From: a virus
Virus record (IMG/VR): IMGVR_UViG_3300044701_003269
Span: 96,001 to 160,000 of that record
Length of the DNA: 64,000 nt
Direction: 5' to 3' (one strand)
In this document: one piece after another, positions 40,193 through 49,039 of the stretch
Layout: every line of letters begins with the position of its first letter
Position numbering within the stretch: the stretch's first letter is position 1
Made by a program: the position numbers and the translations under genes
Notes under the pieces: generated by a model
The model's database searches: none
Seen by the model: the letters and a program-made list of their open reading frames with translations, nothing else
Told to the model about the DNA's origin: nothing

Positions 40193-40226
40193 TTAAAGTT
40201 GCTTAGCTTCAAAGTGGACTTATAGT
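40191..40226 (+). repeat. 36-nt repeat, copy 8
   Basis: GATTAAAGTTGCTTAGCTTCAAAGTGGACTTATAGT; ATG at 40227. Confidence 0.9.
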
Positions 40227-40469
40227 ATGACAACCACTGAAATGACCGACACTATTAACGACCTTACAGTAACACGTTCCCTGCGCCTGCTGCGTGATGG
40301 TTTCAAAAGTGATTTTGCGACCTTTGCTTACAATGACGAAAGGATGACAGAACTTATAGCACAACTTGCAAGTGAGTTTGTAGAATCAAACATTCCTGTG
40401 ATTGATGAAGACAACCAGATGGAACTTTCTATGATGCTGTTGGAATCCCTGGAGATTATTGTACGATGA
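40227..40469 (+). CDS. Hypothetical protein
   Basis: ATG abuts the repeat; second ATG at +15. Confidence 0.65.
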   Translation: MTTTEMTDTINDLTVTRSLRLLRDGFKSDFATFAYNDERMTELIAQLASEFVESNIPVIDEDNQMELSMMLLESLEIIVR

Positions 40470-40973
40470 AACTCTTTCAATACGATAAAAAAGTTTGGGA
40501 AGGTGGTGAAACTTCACGCACTTGGCAGTTTGGTATCTTCAAAAATCATTCATTTCTGTGGGTGAATTATGAGAACCCCAGTTGTCAAGTTTATCCTTCT
40601 GGTGGTCTTCATATCCTACTCTCATTTTTTACCAGTTCTTTATTTGGAGTAGATTTTCAGATTGGTAAATATGATTTGAGTTTTAACTTTTTTACTGAAT
40701 ACTTTGAGGGGTGGAATGAATGACTTACTCTAATCTCTCAAAGATTCGTCCTAAACTTCGTACTGAAGGTCGCATAACTGGAAATTGGGGAAAACCAAAG
40801 GTTTCTGCGGGTTCTACACTCAACGACATCGGTGGTGATGGTAACATAGGAGCAACACAAGACGAATACTTAAATCGTCTGTATTATGCTTTTGATAACA
40901 CTACCGACCCCAAACTTCAACGCTTCATTTACTCTGAAATCCGTAAAATTCACATTCAAAGAGGTACTTGGTA

Positions 40974-41459
40974 ATGGCAACTTGGCGAGCAGATGTATTC
41001 GTAAACTCCCGCGTCGGACGTATCACGACTGAGGTTCAAGCTTCGACATTCTCTGGTGCAAAAGAGCAAATCTATGCAAAGCACGGTGACGTTCAACAAA
41101 TTGCTAATCTGAGAGAGGTTAGAAATAGTGGCAGTTCTTCAGGTTCTGATTTTGGTAGTATTGGTGGAACTGTAGGACTCATCGGATTGGTTGCAGCTGC
41201 ATGGGCATTTGTATCATTCACTCCCTGGATTTTGATGGGTTTAGGTGGTGCTTTCGGAACTTGGGTTGGTGAGAAAGTAACAGGACAAAGCATCGAAGAA
41301 TATAACGAACGTGATGATGATTTGGGACACTCAAAGGCAGCAATCGTTCTTGCACTTGCACTTATTCTAGGTGGACTTGGTTTCGTCAAAGGTGATGAAA
41401 TCAAAAAAGGATTTGATGTCCCTGATGCACCTGCAGAAGTGAAAAGTACGCAGAATTAA
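40974..41459 (+). CDS. Hypothetical membrane protein
   Basis: Hydrophobic Gly-zipper segments; stop codon inside repeat copy 9. Confidence 0.65.
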   Translation: MATWRADVFVNSRVGRITTEVQASTFSGAKEQIYAKHGDVQQIANLREVRNSGSSSGSDFGSIGGTVGLIGLVAAAWAFVSFTPWILMGLGGAFGTWVGEKVTGQSIEEYNERDDDLGHSKAAIVLALALILGGLGFVKGDEIKKGFDVPDAPAEVKSTQN

Positions 41460-41489
41460 AGTTACTTAGCTCCAAAGTGGACCTATAGT
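41454..41489 (+). repeat. 36-nt repeat, copy 9
   Basis: Consensus copy; ATG at 41490. Confidence 0.95.
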
Positions 41490-41714
41490 ATGAACATCAC
41501 TGAAATGCCCGAAGTCTACCACTATCACACCAACTGGAAAGAAGGTAAAGTGAATCAAATGTGGATTCAGCAAGTGAATGACAAGTTCGTTGCTATTGCA
41601 TACAACCCCGAAAAGAATGTTTCGATGCCTATGTCGAAACCCCGCACTTCCTACGATGAAACTCTACAATGGGTTCGCAAATGGTGCGGCACTTTCTGTA
41701 TCCTTCCTGCCTGA
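41490..41714 (+). CDS. Hypothetical protein
   Basis: ATG abuts the repeat. Confidence 0.65.
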   Translation: MNITEMPEVYHYHTNWKEGKVNQMWIQQVNDKFVAIAYNPEKNVSMPMSKPRTSYDETLQWVRKWCGTFCILPA

Positions 41715-41873
41715 TTGATGATGACTAACATAACCGAACTTGAGGATTTTTTGCGCGAAAAGTGTATGGAAAGTCCTGCACTTCTTGCTGTAGTGATTGG
41801 TGAATACATTAAGAGTTTGAATAAATCTCAAATCACTCAGCTTGAGGACTTCCTTATCGACAACTTCGGTGAC

Positions 41874-41909
41874 AATTAAAGTTACTTAGCTCTAAAGTGG
41901 ACCTATAGT
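41874..41909 (+). repeat. 36-nt repeat, copy 10
   Basis: ...CTCTAAAGTGGACCTATAGT; TAA of ORF 41718..41879 inside; ATG at 41910. Confidence 0.95.
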
Positions 41910-42092
41910 ATGACAAACACCAATCCCTACGTTCAAAACCTCATCGAAATGGGTTACGATGAGAAAGACTGCCAAATGGTTGCTGATGCTGGGCGTCAGA
42001 AAGTTACCTACCCTCGTACCATTCACGGTCGCACTTTTGCTACTGAAACTGAGTACAAAGAAGCACTCGCAGACTTCATCAACGGTCTGTGA
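41910..42092 (+). CDS. Hypothetical protein filling one repeat interval exactly
   Basis: ATG abuts copy 10 and TGA overlaps copy 11. Confidence 0.7.
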   Translation: MTNTNPYVQNLIEMGYDEKDCQMVADAGRQKVTYPRTIHGRTFATETEYKEALADFINGL

Positions 42093-42127
42093 ATTAAAGT
42101 TACTTAGCTCCAAAGCGGACCTATAGT
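42092..42127 (+). repeat. 36-nt repeat, copy 11
   Basis: ...CTCCAAAGCGGACCTATAGT; ATG at 42128 starts an ORF of about 55 aa. Confidence 0.95.
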
Positions 42128-42594
42128 ATGACTAACACTTTCACCGTCCGTTTCGAGTCTCCTTCACTCAACTCTCCCGAGTATATTGGACCTTTCTACT
42201 CTGAAGATGATGCACAAGATTATGCTGATGACCGCAACAGTTCGTTAGCATTATCGGGTATTCCTTCCTCTGTTGCTTGTTACTCTGTTGTTTGATTGAT
42301 TATGACACAAACCACTCTCACTTTTGAGGAGATTGATGCTCTTCTGGTACTCATTGAACATCACACAAAAGAAAGTTGGCATGAAATGGTTGAGATTACT
42401 GGTTACGATGTAGGCATCTGCAGAGATCTTTATGACAAACTCACTGAAATGCAGGATGAAGTCTGATGAGAATTGCTTTTCTGATTGCAACTTTAGCACT
42501 GGGACTTCGCCTTGGTTTGAGTGCTCATGCTACAGTGAATGAGTATCAAGAACAGCAAGCAGATCGCTTCTGTCAGATAGATCCAAGCTACTGC

Positions 42595-42610
42595 AATTAA
42601 AGTTACTTAG
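42595..42610 (+). repeat. Half copy of the 36-nt repeat (nt 1-16)
   Basis: AATTAAAGTTACTTAG followed by GACTCACATTATG; TAA of ORF 42466..42600 inside. Confidence 0.85.
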
Positions 42611-43073
42611 GACTCACATTATGACTAACAATGCTTTCATTCTCAACGACACTGCAAAGAATGATGCTGCAGTGCAACTTGCAATGGCAAATTATGTCAA
42701 ACAGTTGGAGCGTGAAGAAGCACGTAGGCAAGCAATTCTCTCTGGGAAGTATATTCCTTGCCCCGAAACTGTTTGGAACATCTCTGACCGCGATTGATGG
42801 CAAGGAGACTAACACTTAGGAATCCATCGAAAGTGAAAACGATTGCACTTGTCTTCATCGTTGCAATGATACTCTCACCAGGAGTTCGCAACACAACATC
42901 CAACACACTACACACATTAGCAGACATTATTTCGACCAATGATTGAGACTGAGTTCTTTCTTCTGAATGAGGAACAATTCAATGAGTATAGCACACTTGC
43001 AGATGAAGCTGGTGTGAATATTGACTATTACTTGTCAGAGTTTTGTGATGTGATTGGACCTGATGTTATCGTC

Positions 43074-43109
43074 AATTAAAGTTACTTAGCTCCAAAGCGG
43101 ACCTATAGT
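43074..43109 (+). repeat. 36-nt repeat, copy 12
   Basis: GCGG variant; TAA of ORF 42939..43079 inside; ATG at 43110. Confidence 0.95.
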
Positions 43110-43397
43110 ATGAACATCACTGACCTCTTCGACTCCATCAAACTCAGCGAGCAGATTGCTCTCGAACACTATCAACAACTCAACGGTGTTGTTGATTATC
43201 GGTTGCCCGGAGTTTGTAACCACTACTTCGCAAAGTATGATTTGCAAGGTACACGAGATGGCGAAATCTGCCTGACCTGTAAAGTTGCCAAGACTGTAAA
43301 AGGTCAGTTGCGTTATACCTTCCAAATCAACGGTAAGCGTATCGCAGAAAAGCAAATTGCTGCTGAGTTTAATGCTCTCGGTGCTTTCACTCACTGA
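43110..43397 (+). CDS. Hypothetical protein
   Basis: Its only Met is the ATG abutting the repeat. Confidence 0.7.
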   Translation: MNITDLFDSIKLSEQIALEHYQQLNGVVDYRLPGVCNHYFAKYDLQGTRDGEICLTCKVAKTVKGQLRYTFQINGKRIAEKQIAAEFNALGAFTH

Positions 43398-43587
43398 CAT
43401 CAAATGAACAATCAAACTAACATTGAAGCAACAGTATTTGCAGCAGTTGTAGGCATTATCATCATCGCACTTGCCTTTGCTATTTTACACTTTCGCAATC
43501 CACAAATCGAAGCAAAGTGTATTGCAAAAGGAGGACAAGTTCTTGTTACTCCAGGTCGCATCAGTTCTTGTCTTTATCCGAGCAGGT

Positions 43588-43623
43588 AATTAAAGTTACT
43601 TAGCTCCAAAGCGGACCTATAGT
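43588..43623 (+). repeat. 36-nt repeat, copy 13
   Basis: GCGG variant, followed by ATC; next ATG at 43648. Confidence 0.95.
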
Positions 43624-43647
43624 ATCACCACACATAACCAAAACCAA

Positions 43648-43959
43648 ATGCGAGTTATCGAACGCCAAATGAATAAAGCAATCAGCACTGAGACTGATTG
43701 GAAGAAAGACAACACACAAGTTGTCAACATCGAAGGTGTCAGCTTTGTCTATCTGTATAACAATCTGATTGCAATGGTAGGTGATACTTGGTTGGAATTG
43801 TTTGATGGTGGATATAAGTCTGCCACGACTAAATCGCGTCTCAATGCTATTCTTGCAGAGCACGGGAATAGCGAGTATGTCTATCAGAAAAACTTTGAAT
43901 GGTTTGTGTCTACTAAGTATGGAGATGTTCCTTTCTACAATACCATCAAGTTGAACTGA
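43648..43959 (+). CDS. Conserved phage hypothetical protein
   Basis: MRVIERQM..AI...NT.V...YLYNNLIA...GGYKSATTKSRLNAIL...QKNFEWF. Confidence 0.7.
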   Translation: MRVIERQMNKAISTETDWKKDNTQVVNIEGVSFVYLYNNLIAMVGDTWLELFDGGYKSATTKSRLNAILAEHGNSEYVYQKNFEWFVSTKYGDVPFYNTIKLN

Positions 43960-43994
43960 ATTAAAGTTACTTAGCTCCAAAGCGGACCTATAGT
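43959..43994 (+). repeat. 36-nt repeat, copy 14
   Basis: GCGG variant; ATG at 43995 starts an acidic ORF of about 56 aa. Confidence 0.95.
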
Positions 43995-44367
43995 ATGACT
44001 GACACTCAAATGACTACCAAGCAAAAGGAAACCTTCCGCGATCTCTTCACTGAAGACCAGTGGGATATGATCTACAACTTCGTCGGAAATGCACTCGATG
44101 ATGATGATTTTGATGCAGAAGATGTGTATAGCATCCGCAACAAGATTCACGCACTGTTTAACTGAAACTCACTGAAATGACAATGACATTTACTGAAGCA
44201 CTTATCGCATCTGGTTATTACTTCCAACCTGAATGTGGTGCATTTCATAAAGCAGATGCCAATGGAAATGAGCACTCTTATGTAGAGCAAGATGAGAACA
44301 CTTGGTCCTATGAAAAGTATAACCAAGACGGTCAACTTGTGTCTTCTAAAGTATTCTCACTGGACTG

Positions 44368-44403
44368 AATTAAAGTTACTTAGCTCCAAAGTGGACCTAT
44401 AGT
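44368..44403 (+). repeat. 36-nt repeat, copy 15
   Basis: Consensus copy; ATG at 44404 starts a 59 aa ORF ending at 44583. Confidence 0.95.
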
Positions 44404-45094
44404 ATGAGCAACCAACTTCAGCAAATCTGCCTAGACAAAGCACAACAAATTGCCAATGAAATCAACGGTGATTTGTATTATGTCCCACAAGAAGACATCG
44501 ACCAACTGTTATCTCAACTCACCGAAGATAATGTAGATGATGTTGCTGAAGAACTTGCCGAATTAGCACACTGGTTTAACTAAATGACCGAACAACAAAA
44601 GGATACAATGCTCGCAAACATCCTAGAGCAAGTCCAATCTCAAATCGAACATTTAGTCGATCAAGATTTAATCGAAGAGTCTTATGCTCTGTATAAAGAA
44701 TGGGAAGAACATTTCGATCCTAATGTTAAACAACTAGAAATCATTACTGTTATCGATCTCACTACTATTCAATGAAACCTTTTCTAAACATCACGTTTGC
44801 TGTTGAACTTCTAGTCCTCACTTGTCTTGCTACAGTAGCAGTCAATGCACAATCAAACAATAACGAAAACGTCAACAAGTTCTGTGCCTATGTTGTAGGA
44901 ATACCATATGCATCAGATAACTTTACTGATGAAGAATGGGAGAGGTTCAAGTATTGTAGAGACACACTCAATCAGTAACACATAGTGAGGAAGGAGTTTG
45001 CCTCATCTACAAAAGAAAGTGACTCTGTAAAGTGATAGATAATTCCTATTCATTTGGTGGCGCTTGCGCTCCCCCTTCGGGAGTTGGATTATAG

Positions 45095-45123
45095 AGAGAG
45101 GGAGTGGTTACCCTCTCTTTTTT
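45095..45123 (+). terminator. Rho-independent terminator
   Basis: AGAGAGGG-N8-CCCTCTCT followed by a T-run. Confidence 0.7.
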
Positions 45124-45449
45124 ATTGCCAAAAAACGTTATTTTAATGCTTAAATGTTATGAAATCAATAAAAAAGCCTTTTTTAATTATAGCTAAGCGG
45201 TTTATTTGTTCTCAATAAGATGTTAGTTATTGAGAATCAATAAGGGTTCTAATTGAGAATTAGTGACCTTTTATACCCTATTAAACCCTTCTAGACCTGA
45301 CACTTATACCCTTTTAAATGTGCTGAGACCTTGTGATCTTTGCCTGCAAGCTATCACACACGCGCACAAATGTCAAGCACCCCCGCGTTATCAAATCCCC
45401 ACACATACCTCATAAAATCTCCACGCCCCGAATAAATACCCCCAAGGAC

Positions 45450-45478
45450 TTGACAACAATTCCCAGGCATCTTACAAT
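45450..45478 (+). promoter_or_regulatory. Sigma70-type promoter
   Basis: TTGACA-N17-TACAAT. Confidence 0.7.
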
Positions 45479-45507
45479 ACCTACAGTAACACTCAAGGAG
45501 CACACTT

Positions 45508-45681
45508 ATGTCGGTTGCGTATCAGAAAGCTCAGAAGCAGCGTTATAGAGTCACCCTAGAACTTGAGGTCTTCGAAGACTTCGACCCGCACCAACTTGAC
45601 TGGGAGAAAGTATTTAAGTTGGAACCAGCTGAGAAGGTAGAAGCATACGTAGAAGACCTAAGTAGACCTGATAGGTGGTAA
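45508..45681 (+). CDS. Small hypothetical protein (57 aa), not in the ORF track
   Basis: SD AAGGAG, own promoter, terminator-like hairpin at 45709-45733; MSVAYQKAQKQRYRVTLELEV... Confidence 0.7.
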   Translation: MSVAYQKAQKQRYRVTLELEVFEDFDPHQLDWEKVFKLEPAEKVEAYVEDLSRPDRW

Positions 45682-45739
45682 CTTATAAAACCTCATATAC
45701 ACTCCTTGAAAGACTCCTAGTGGGGTCTTTTTTAATGCC

Positions 45740-45768
45740 TTGACATACCTTACTGTTTCTGATACAAT
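45740..45768 (+). promoter_or_regulatory. Sigma70-type promoter
   Basis: TTGACA-N17-TACAAT with extended TG. Confidence 0.7.
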
Positions 45769-45916
45769 TACCTTTGTGGAGGTTAATAAGGGAACTATGA
45801 GTAAGCTTAAGCCACCAGTCTTATTATACACCAGAGAACACCGTTAGGTAATCACGAACGTAGTGAGTGATTGAGTAGAGAACTGTAAGGACCTAAGTGA
45901 TACGTAGAGATGCACC

Positions 45917-45952
45917 AAATAAAGTTGCTTAGCTGCAAAGTGGACTTATAGT
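45917..45952 (+). repeat. 36-nt repeat, copy 16 (divergent, last)
   Basis: AAATAAAGTTGCTTAGCTGCAAAGTGGACTTATAGT; ATG at 45953. Confidence 0.85.
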
Positions 45953-45999
45953 ATGAGGGGCACACAACTCACCCCGAAAGATTCACTAACTAACCACCA

Positions 46000-46254
46000 A
46001 TGACTGTTACTTACCAACGCAATCTCCTCTCCACTGAGTATAATGGTTGGGAGAATTATGAGACCTGGAATGTTGCTCTGTGGATCAACAATGATGAGGG
46101 TTTGTATCACCTTGCTGCTGAGTGTGGTGATTATGAGTCATTCATCACCACACTGTTTCTGATGGGTTATCCCGAACATAACCCCGATGGCGTATCTTGG
46201 GGATCCCCTAAAGTTAACAGGATTCAGATTAACTCAGACGTGTTCGATTTCTAG
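46000..46254 (+). CDS. Conserved phage hypothetical protein (YNGWxNYETW family)
   Basis: YNGWENYETWNVALWINNDEGLY. Confidence 0.75.
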   Translation: MTVTYQRNLLSTEYNGWENYETWNVALWINNDEGLYHLAAECGDYESFITTLFLMGYPEHNPDGVSWGSPKVNRIQINSDVFDF

Positions 46255-46675
46255 TCTTAAGTATCACTCACTCCATGTTCGTTTCTAACACTCAAATGAC
46301 ACAATCACGCACCGTCACCTTCACTAACGTACAAGACAATGTGGAGCGTACTGTAGAGTTTCCCACTATCAATCAAGCAATGCAATTTGTCAACACTTTG
46401 CATATCGCTGGAGTGCAAGCAGTAGTTAATCTTCTCCCTGAAGATATCGCTGCCTGATATAACTTACTCCTGTCACAAGAGTATAAACTAGGCACCTCAC
46501 AGTTACTAACACACAACAACACAAAATGTCTAAGCAAGTTCTCCTTTCCCTTCTGGCTCAAGGTAACACTGGCACTGAGATTCTTTCGATTCTTGATGCA
46601 CTCGTTGCAGACCAAGCTTCGGAGGGTTATGATAACGAACCCACTGCAGATATGATCGAGTTCTGATACTAACTG

Positions 46676-46716
46676 TGCGTGCTCTGGTTGACACTGGGGC
46701 ACGCATATGTTATGAT
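46676..46716 (+). promoter_or_regulatory. Sigma70 promoter with the -35 in a hairpin loop
   Basis: TGCGTGCTCTGG-TTGACA-CTGGGGCACGCA, then TATGAT at 17-nt spacing. Confidence 0.65.
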
Positions 46717-47316
46717 GTATTCGTGTCAGTATTCGGCAGTTATATTGGCGCGTTGTTTATATCGCCGCGCGGCGTTGCGTTATAAAAATGCCTAACTACC
46801 CTAACCTACAGAGGTGACAAATCGACCTCGAAGTATCACATTCATAAAAATTTTCCGGAAGTATGAGAGCACTTAAAAACCGCCGCACAACGCCCTACTG
46901 GAATTTCTGGAGAGTGATACTCGCAGGTTGGATAATCAGATATCCAAAGAGTATGGGAAGAATTGTATTCATCCCCCTCGGATTTTTGATTGTGATGATA
47001 TATAATGCGTTAGTAAATTAAAGTTTACTAAAAAAATTCCCGGGTATATTTTTTATATGGAAAAGGTTTATCACATATACGCAAAGGATAAGTGTTTATT
47101 TCACTCTATCAAAGAAGAAGATTTTCATACAACATGGAATACTCTCAATAATATGGTAGGCTTAATGAAGACTGACTATAATGTTGATGATTTGACATAT
47201 GAAGAGTTATATGTGAATAAAGATACTATTTTGAATTCTTCACATTAACTCTAAGGGGGGCATTGACAAAGGCATATATAGACTGATAAAATTTGAACTG
47301 AAGGTTTAATTTTCTT

Positions 47317-48084
47317 ATGGCAAAAGGATTTACAGTAAAAGCAAATGCACCTGCACCCAAAGAACAAGAATGGGATATTGCAGCAATTAAAGAACGTATG
47401 CGAGGGAAGAGTATTGTATTCTGTCTTCCTGGACGTGGATGTTCTTTTACTTTTCTGAAGAATTTCGTACAACTATGTTTTGACATGGTTCAGAATGGAA
47501 TGAGTATTCAGATTTCACAAGATTATTCTTCTATGGTAAACTTTGCACGTTGTAAAGTTTTGGGTGCAAATGTACTTCGTGGTCCGAAGCAAATTCCTTG
47601 GGATGGTAGATTGGAGTATGATTATCAACTTTGGATTGACTCGGATATTGTCTTTGACACGAACAAGTTCTGGCAGCTCTGTGATCTTGCTCTGAACGAA
47701 GAAGGTGAAGAGAAGGAAATTGTTGCTGGTTGGTATGCAACAGAAGATGGTCACACAACCTCTGTCGCACACTGGTTAGAAGAAGATGATTTCCGCAAGA
47801 ATGGTGGAGTCATGAATCATGAAACCGTAGAGTCTATTTCAAAGCGTAGAAAGCCTTTCACAGTTGATTACACTGGATTTGGTTGGGTATTGATTAAGAA
47901 GGGAGTCTTTGAGAATCTCGAATATCCTTGGTTTGCTCCTAAGATGCAAGTCTTTGAATCTGGCAATGTTCAGGATATGTGTGGTGAGGATGTTTCATTC
48001 TGTCTTGATGCTAAAGAGGAAGGTTTTGAAATCTGGTGCGATCCTCGTATTAGAGTGGGGCATGAAAAAACTCGCGTAATCTAA
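47317..48084 (+). CDS. GT-A fold glycosyltransferase-like protein
   Basis: LWIDSDIVF (DxD), TGFGWVLI..GVFE, GEDVSFC, RVGH. Confidence 0.8.
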   Translation: MAKGFTVKANAPAPKEQEWDIAAIKERMRGKSIVFCLPGRGCSFTFLKNFVQLCFDMVQNGMSIQISQDYSSMVNFARCKVLGANVLRGPKQIPWDGRLEYDYQLWIDSDIVFDTNKFWQLCDLALNEEGEEKEIVAGWYATEDGHTTSVAHWLEEDDFRKNGGVMNHETVESISKRRKPFTVDYTGFGWVLIKKGVFENLEYPWFAPKMQVFESGNVQDMCGEDVSFCLDAKEEGFEIWCDPRIRVGHEKTRVI

Positions 48085-48235
48085 TGGAAAAGAGATACAA
48101 TCTTTTGTATAACGGTAGAAAACTTTATACTGACCTCAGTGCAGAAGAATGTACTGAGGTTCTTCAAGAACTTTCAGAAGATTATTTTTCTGAAATTGAT
48201 ATTGATCCTAATTTAATCGAACTGGAGGAAATCTA

Positions 48236-48367
48236 ATGGCACTTAATAAAACTATTTTTGAACCCGGAGCACCAAAGAAGACTCGCCAAGGCCGTTCTCC
48301 TCGCACATTACTTAGTGCAACCTCTCGCAATGGTAAGAAGAAAAAGTATCGCGGCCAAGGTAAATAG
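48236..48367 (+). CDS. Small basic protein (43 aa), not in the ORF track
   Basis: SD GGAGG; PKKTRQG...SRNGKKKKYRGQGK. Confidence 0.7.
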   Translation: MALNKTIFEPGAPKKTRQGRSPRTLLSATSRNGKKKKYRGQGK

Positions 48368-48388
48368 ATAACAGATGTAAGTTTACAT

Positions 48389-48988
48389 ATGTACCACTTA
48401 GATTGTTTGGATGAGTGGAATTCAATTCATTCAGATGATTTGTGGGTATATAGTAAGTTAATTCTAAATCATCGTCTAGGGCATCTCTGTGGACCTACAG
48501 GGGTGCCTGTTCCATATCCAGGGTATTATATCGTCCGACCAAGTATTAATTTACTTGGTATGGGACGATTTTCTCGTATAGAATGGATTGATGAAGACAC
48601 AGAATACTTTCATCCTTCTGAGTTTTGGTGTGAAATATTCAAAGGAGATCATCTAAGTGTTGATTATCAAAATAGAGAGACGAAATTGGTTGTATTGGGT
48701 GAAAAAGATGATGAAGATCCTTTCTATAGATGGAAAAAATGGACTAAAATTGACTGTAAGGTAGATTTTCCTCTTATATTAAATAGTCTAAAGGGTGATT
48801 ATGAGTGGATTAACTGCGAATTTATTGGAAATCACCTTATAGAAGTGCATTTTAGAAGAAATCCGGACTTTAGATATGGAAATTCAGTAGCAATACCTGT
48901 CTGGAATGATGAAAAAGTAGAAAATATTAAAAATTTGGAGTTTATTGAGGATAAAGATTACTTAAGAAGAGGTTTTTATATTGATTAA
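48389..48988 (+). CDS. Hypothetical protein, possibly ATP-grasp-like
   Basis: YIVRP..NL.GMG, EIF.G.HLSVD, INCEFI...IEVHFR. Confidence 0.55.
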   Translation: MYHLDCLDEWNSIHSDDLWVYSKLILNHRLGHLCGPTGVPVPYPGYYIVRPSINLLGMGRFSRIEWIDEDTEYFHPSEFWCEIFKGDHLSVDYQNRETKLVVLGEKDDEDPFYRWKKWTKIDCKVDFPLILNSLKGDYEWINCEFIGNHLIEVHFRRNPDFRYGNSVAIPVWNDEKVENIKNLEFIEDKDYLRRGFYID

Positions 48989-49039
48989 CGGGATAGCAAC
49001 CCCGTAAAAAGTTCTGATTTAACAAATCAGGAGGGCAAA

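Noticed and set aside
45209-45260. Fur-box call for the TTCTCAATAA/TTATTGAGAA inverted repeat
   Set aside because: Resemblance is loose and the sequence is AT-rich; kept only as an unassigned inverted repeat.
30241-45952. CRISPR array interpretation of the 36-nt repeats
   Set aside because: Intervals are about 180 bp to several kb and contain intact ORFs rather than 30-40 nt spacers; no cas genes are visible.
18755-45952. Classical integron
   Set aside because: No tyrosine integrase in the window, and the repeat lacks the RYYYAAC...GTTRRRY attC ends and is shorter than attC sites. The analogy is architectural only.
47011-47030. AATTAAAGTT match to the repeat's 5' end
   Set aside because: Only 10 AT-rich nt match, inside a separate palindrome (TAGTAAA/TTTACTA); not counted as a copy.
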